Below are positions 62,206-64,000 of a stretch of 64,000 bases of DNA, one piece after another (position 1 is the first letter of the stretch; each line of letters starts with the position of its first letter). Under the pieces are notes generated by a model. The model was not told the DNA's origin. It saw nothing but the letters and a program-made list of their open reading frames with translations, and did not search any database. This DNA comes from Planctomycetota bacterium (GTDB lineage: Bacteria > Planctomycetota > UBA8108 > SXIK01), in assembly GCA_965223265.1 (NCBI GenBank), contig OZ244999.1, forward strand, positions 4,832,001-4,896,000. Reading direction: 5' to 3'. Both the position numbers and the translations under genes were made by a program.

Positions 62206-63450
62206 TCACCTGATCTCGAATGTCCGTGCTGCCGTCTCCAGCTCGAGACGTCGCTCGACGAGGGGGAACAAATCGACCTCGAACGCCCGCGCGATGCTGT
62301 TGCCCGCAAGGTCCTCCAAAGTCTTCTGCGCCACCAGTGTCAAGACGCCACGCTGCCACGGCCGGTGCGGTGTGAACTGCCACGCTCGCTCTGCAGCGAG
62401 GACCGACGCGGTGCCTGCGAGCGCCTCGCCGTTGACGTCGTTCACCCACACCAGGCGCTGCAGCAGCGCGTGGTCAAGCGGCTCGAGAAAGCGAACGGTC
62501 AACGGCTCCATGCTGGCGGCGGCCGGCACCTCCAACTGCCACTTGTCGGGATCGGGTGACGTGTAGTCGGCCGGGCCGACGCGAAATCGTTTGCGATAGG
62601 GTTCACGCAGCGGCAGGCCCGTGGCATCGAGCCAGTCGCTTGAGATCTCCAGAACATACTCTCGTCCCGGCTCCAACACCGGGCCGAGCTCGCGGTTGGG
62701 GACGAGCTCGCGTTTGACGCGGCCCGGATCGAAAAAGAGCGTGAACCGCGTCCCCGTCGCGTCCCACAGCTCATGCTCCAGTTCAAGGAACGGCAGTCGC
62801 ACCGGATGCCCGCTGGCATCGAGAAGACGGACGCTATCGTAGGCGCGACCGCGCCCCATCGGATGGGAGAAGTGAATGTAGAACTTCAGGTGATTCTGCG
62901 GCAGCGTGTGAACGGTCGGATAGATTTGCTGCACAGCGGCCACCGGCCGGCGTGGCAGTGCCGGCACCGTGAACTCTTCAGAGATAGGATCCAGCTCGAC
63001 TGCCATGCCGCAGATTGCCGCGCGCAAGTTCACCAGCGACAGCGTCGCCCGATACCGTACGCCGGGTTCGATGGGATAGCGAGGCACAAACCGAACGGCA
63101 GTATGGTCGACCGCATAATGCCCGAGCATGGGCGGCAGGTCGACCGTACGACCGGCTTCACGCTCCATCGACTGCGGCGCCACGCGGACAGCGAAAACGT
63201 CCTTCCAGTCGACGTCTGAAAGCTGAGCGGAGGCAAGCGCAACGAGCTCAGAAGAAGTGAGGCCGACGACGCGAAACGACCCCGCCGCGTCCGTACGCTC
63301 CATTTCGATCGCCAGTCGGCGAGTTGGATGGTCGGTCGCGAGTCGACAACTCACCGCCATCACGCACATGCTCACCGCTGCGTAGAAGCCACGGCACCTA
63401 CGCCGACTGCGTAACCTTCCCGCGCGACCGATCCGGCAGCGCGGGATCAC
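62206..63450 (-). CDS. Hypothetical exported/lipoprotein (Ig-like segments)
   Basis: 414-aa ORF; GTG overlaps upstream TGA; MAVSC lipobox-like; LKFYIHFS.PM, LEDLAGN. Confidence 0.7.
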   Translation of the reverse strand: MIPRCRIGRAGRLRSRRRCRGFYAAVSMCVMAVSCRLATDHPTRRLAIEMERTDAAGSFRVVGLTSSELVALASAQLSDVDWKDVFAVRVAPQSMEREAGRTVDLPPMLGHYAVDHTAVRFVPRYPIEPGVRYRATLSLVNLRAAICGMAVELDPISEEFTVPALPRRPVAAVQQIYPTVHTLPQNHLKFYIHFSHPMGRGRAYDSVRLLDASGHPVRLPFLELEHELWDATGTRFTLFFDPGRVKRELVPNRELGPVLEPGREYVLEISSDWLDATGLPLREPYRKRFRVGPADYTSPDPDKWQLEVPAAASMEPLTVRFLEPLDHALLQRLVWVNDVNGEALAGTASVLAAERAWQFTPHRPWQRGVLTLVAQKTLEDLAGNSIARAFEVDLFPLVERRLELETAARTFEIR

Positions 63451-64000
63451 GGCAATGCCAACGTCTCAAGGGTTAGGCCGCCGGATTCAGCATCGCGGCG
63501 AACGACGAGCGCCTGACGGTCATCGAAGAGATCGAGCTGGTTGATGCCGCTCCATGTCGAGACCGTCTCGTACGGCACCCCCTTGGTGCCACCACGTTCA
63601 ACACGCTCGGTGATCGCCTCGATGTCGTCAAAGTCATCCGTTGCGAGCTTCATGATGCCGCGACGATCATTGGCGATGAGCAAATAGTCCTTGCCCTCTT
63701 TCTTGTAGACGATCATGTCGAACGGGCGGTTGCGGTTGCCGAGCTCGGCGATCGTCGTACCGCGAACGTGCGTTCCGGGTTTCAAGTCGGTCACCGGAAT
63801 CTTCACCAGCGGGGTGCAGGTGTAGGCAGCGAATACGTAGGTTTGACCCGCGACGCCATAAGGCACAAATGTGCGGACCGGGGAGTGTGTCTCAAACTTG
63901 CCGTGAGCACCGTGGTAGATTTCGATTCCGGTGCCTTCCGCAGCACCCTTGAACGGAAACGGGATCGACCTGAGCGTTGACGCGAATTCCTCGTTCGAGA
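63447..64000 (-). CDS. Hypothetical protein, N-terminus beyond window edge
   Basis: Frame is open to the window end; AAYTCTPLVKIP, ELGNRNRP; stop overlaps the next start. Confidence 0.65.
   Translation of the reverse strand, partial: SNEEFASTLRSIPFPFKGAAEGTGIEIYHGAHGKFETHSPVRTFVPYGVAGQTYVFAAYTCTPLVKIPVTDLKPGTHVRGTTIAELGNRNRPFDMIVYKKEGKDYLLIANDRRGIMKLATDDFDDIEAITERVERGGTKGVPYETVSTWSGINQLDLFDDRQALVVRRDAESGGLTLETLALP

Overview
GC-rich bacterial window, probably Planctomycetota (inferred from a DUF1501-type gene, several Tat-exported Gfo/Idh/MocA oxidoreductases, FG-GAP proteins and dockerin-like tails). No rRNA, tRNA, cas, transposase or integrase gene was recognised. Three regions stand out. 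(1) 1.05-12.0 kb: a divergent multiheme cytochrome c cluster (6 cytochromes; 55 CxxCH plus 4 CX3-4CH motifs by manual count) with an outer-membrane beta-barrel, a NapC/NirT (ImcH-like) membrane cytochrome, an OmcA/MtrC-type decaheme and a truncated hemoglobin; this looks like a full extracellular electron-transfer conduit. (2) 41-51 kb plus 12-14.8 kb: six secreted proteins with dockerin-like modules, three of them built from six copies of one cohesin-like module, suggesting a non-cellulolytic scaffold complex with redox and protease-inhibitor cargo. (3) 23.2-24.1 kb: a CRISPR-like array of 7 identical GTAG-REP hairpin units whose spacers are variable hexamer tracts (all periods 6n+1); related REP/REPIN copies lie at 46.1-46.4 and 51.2-51.4 kb. 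Also present: a perfect 134-bp inverted duplication of a gene segment around a GNAT gene, a ~180-bp hairpin/MITE-like element, a frameshifted Uma2 gene, an archaeal-type SAM synthetase and ordinary metabolic genes. All annotation is from motif reading by eye; no database searches were run.
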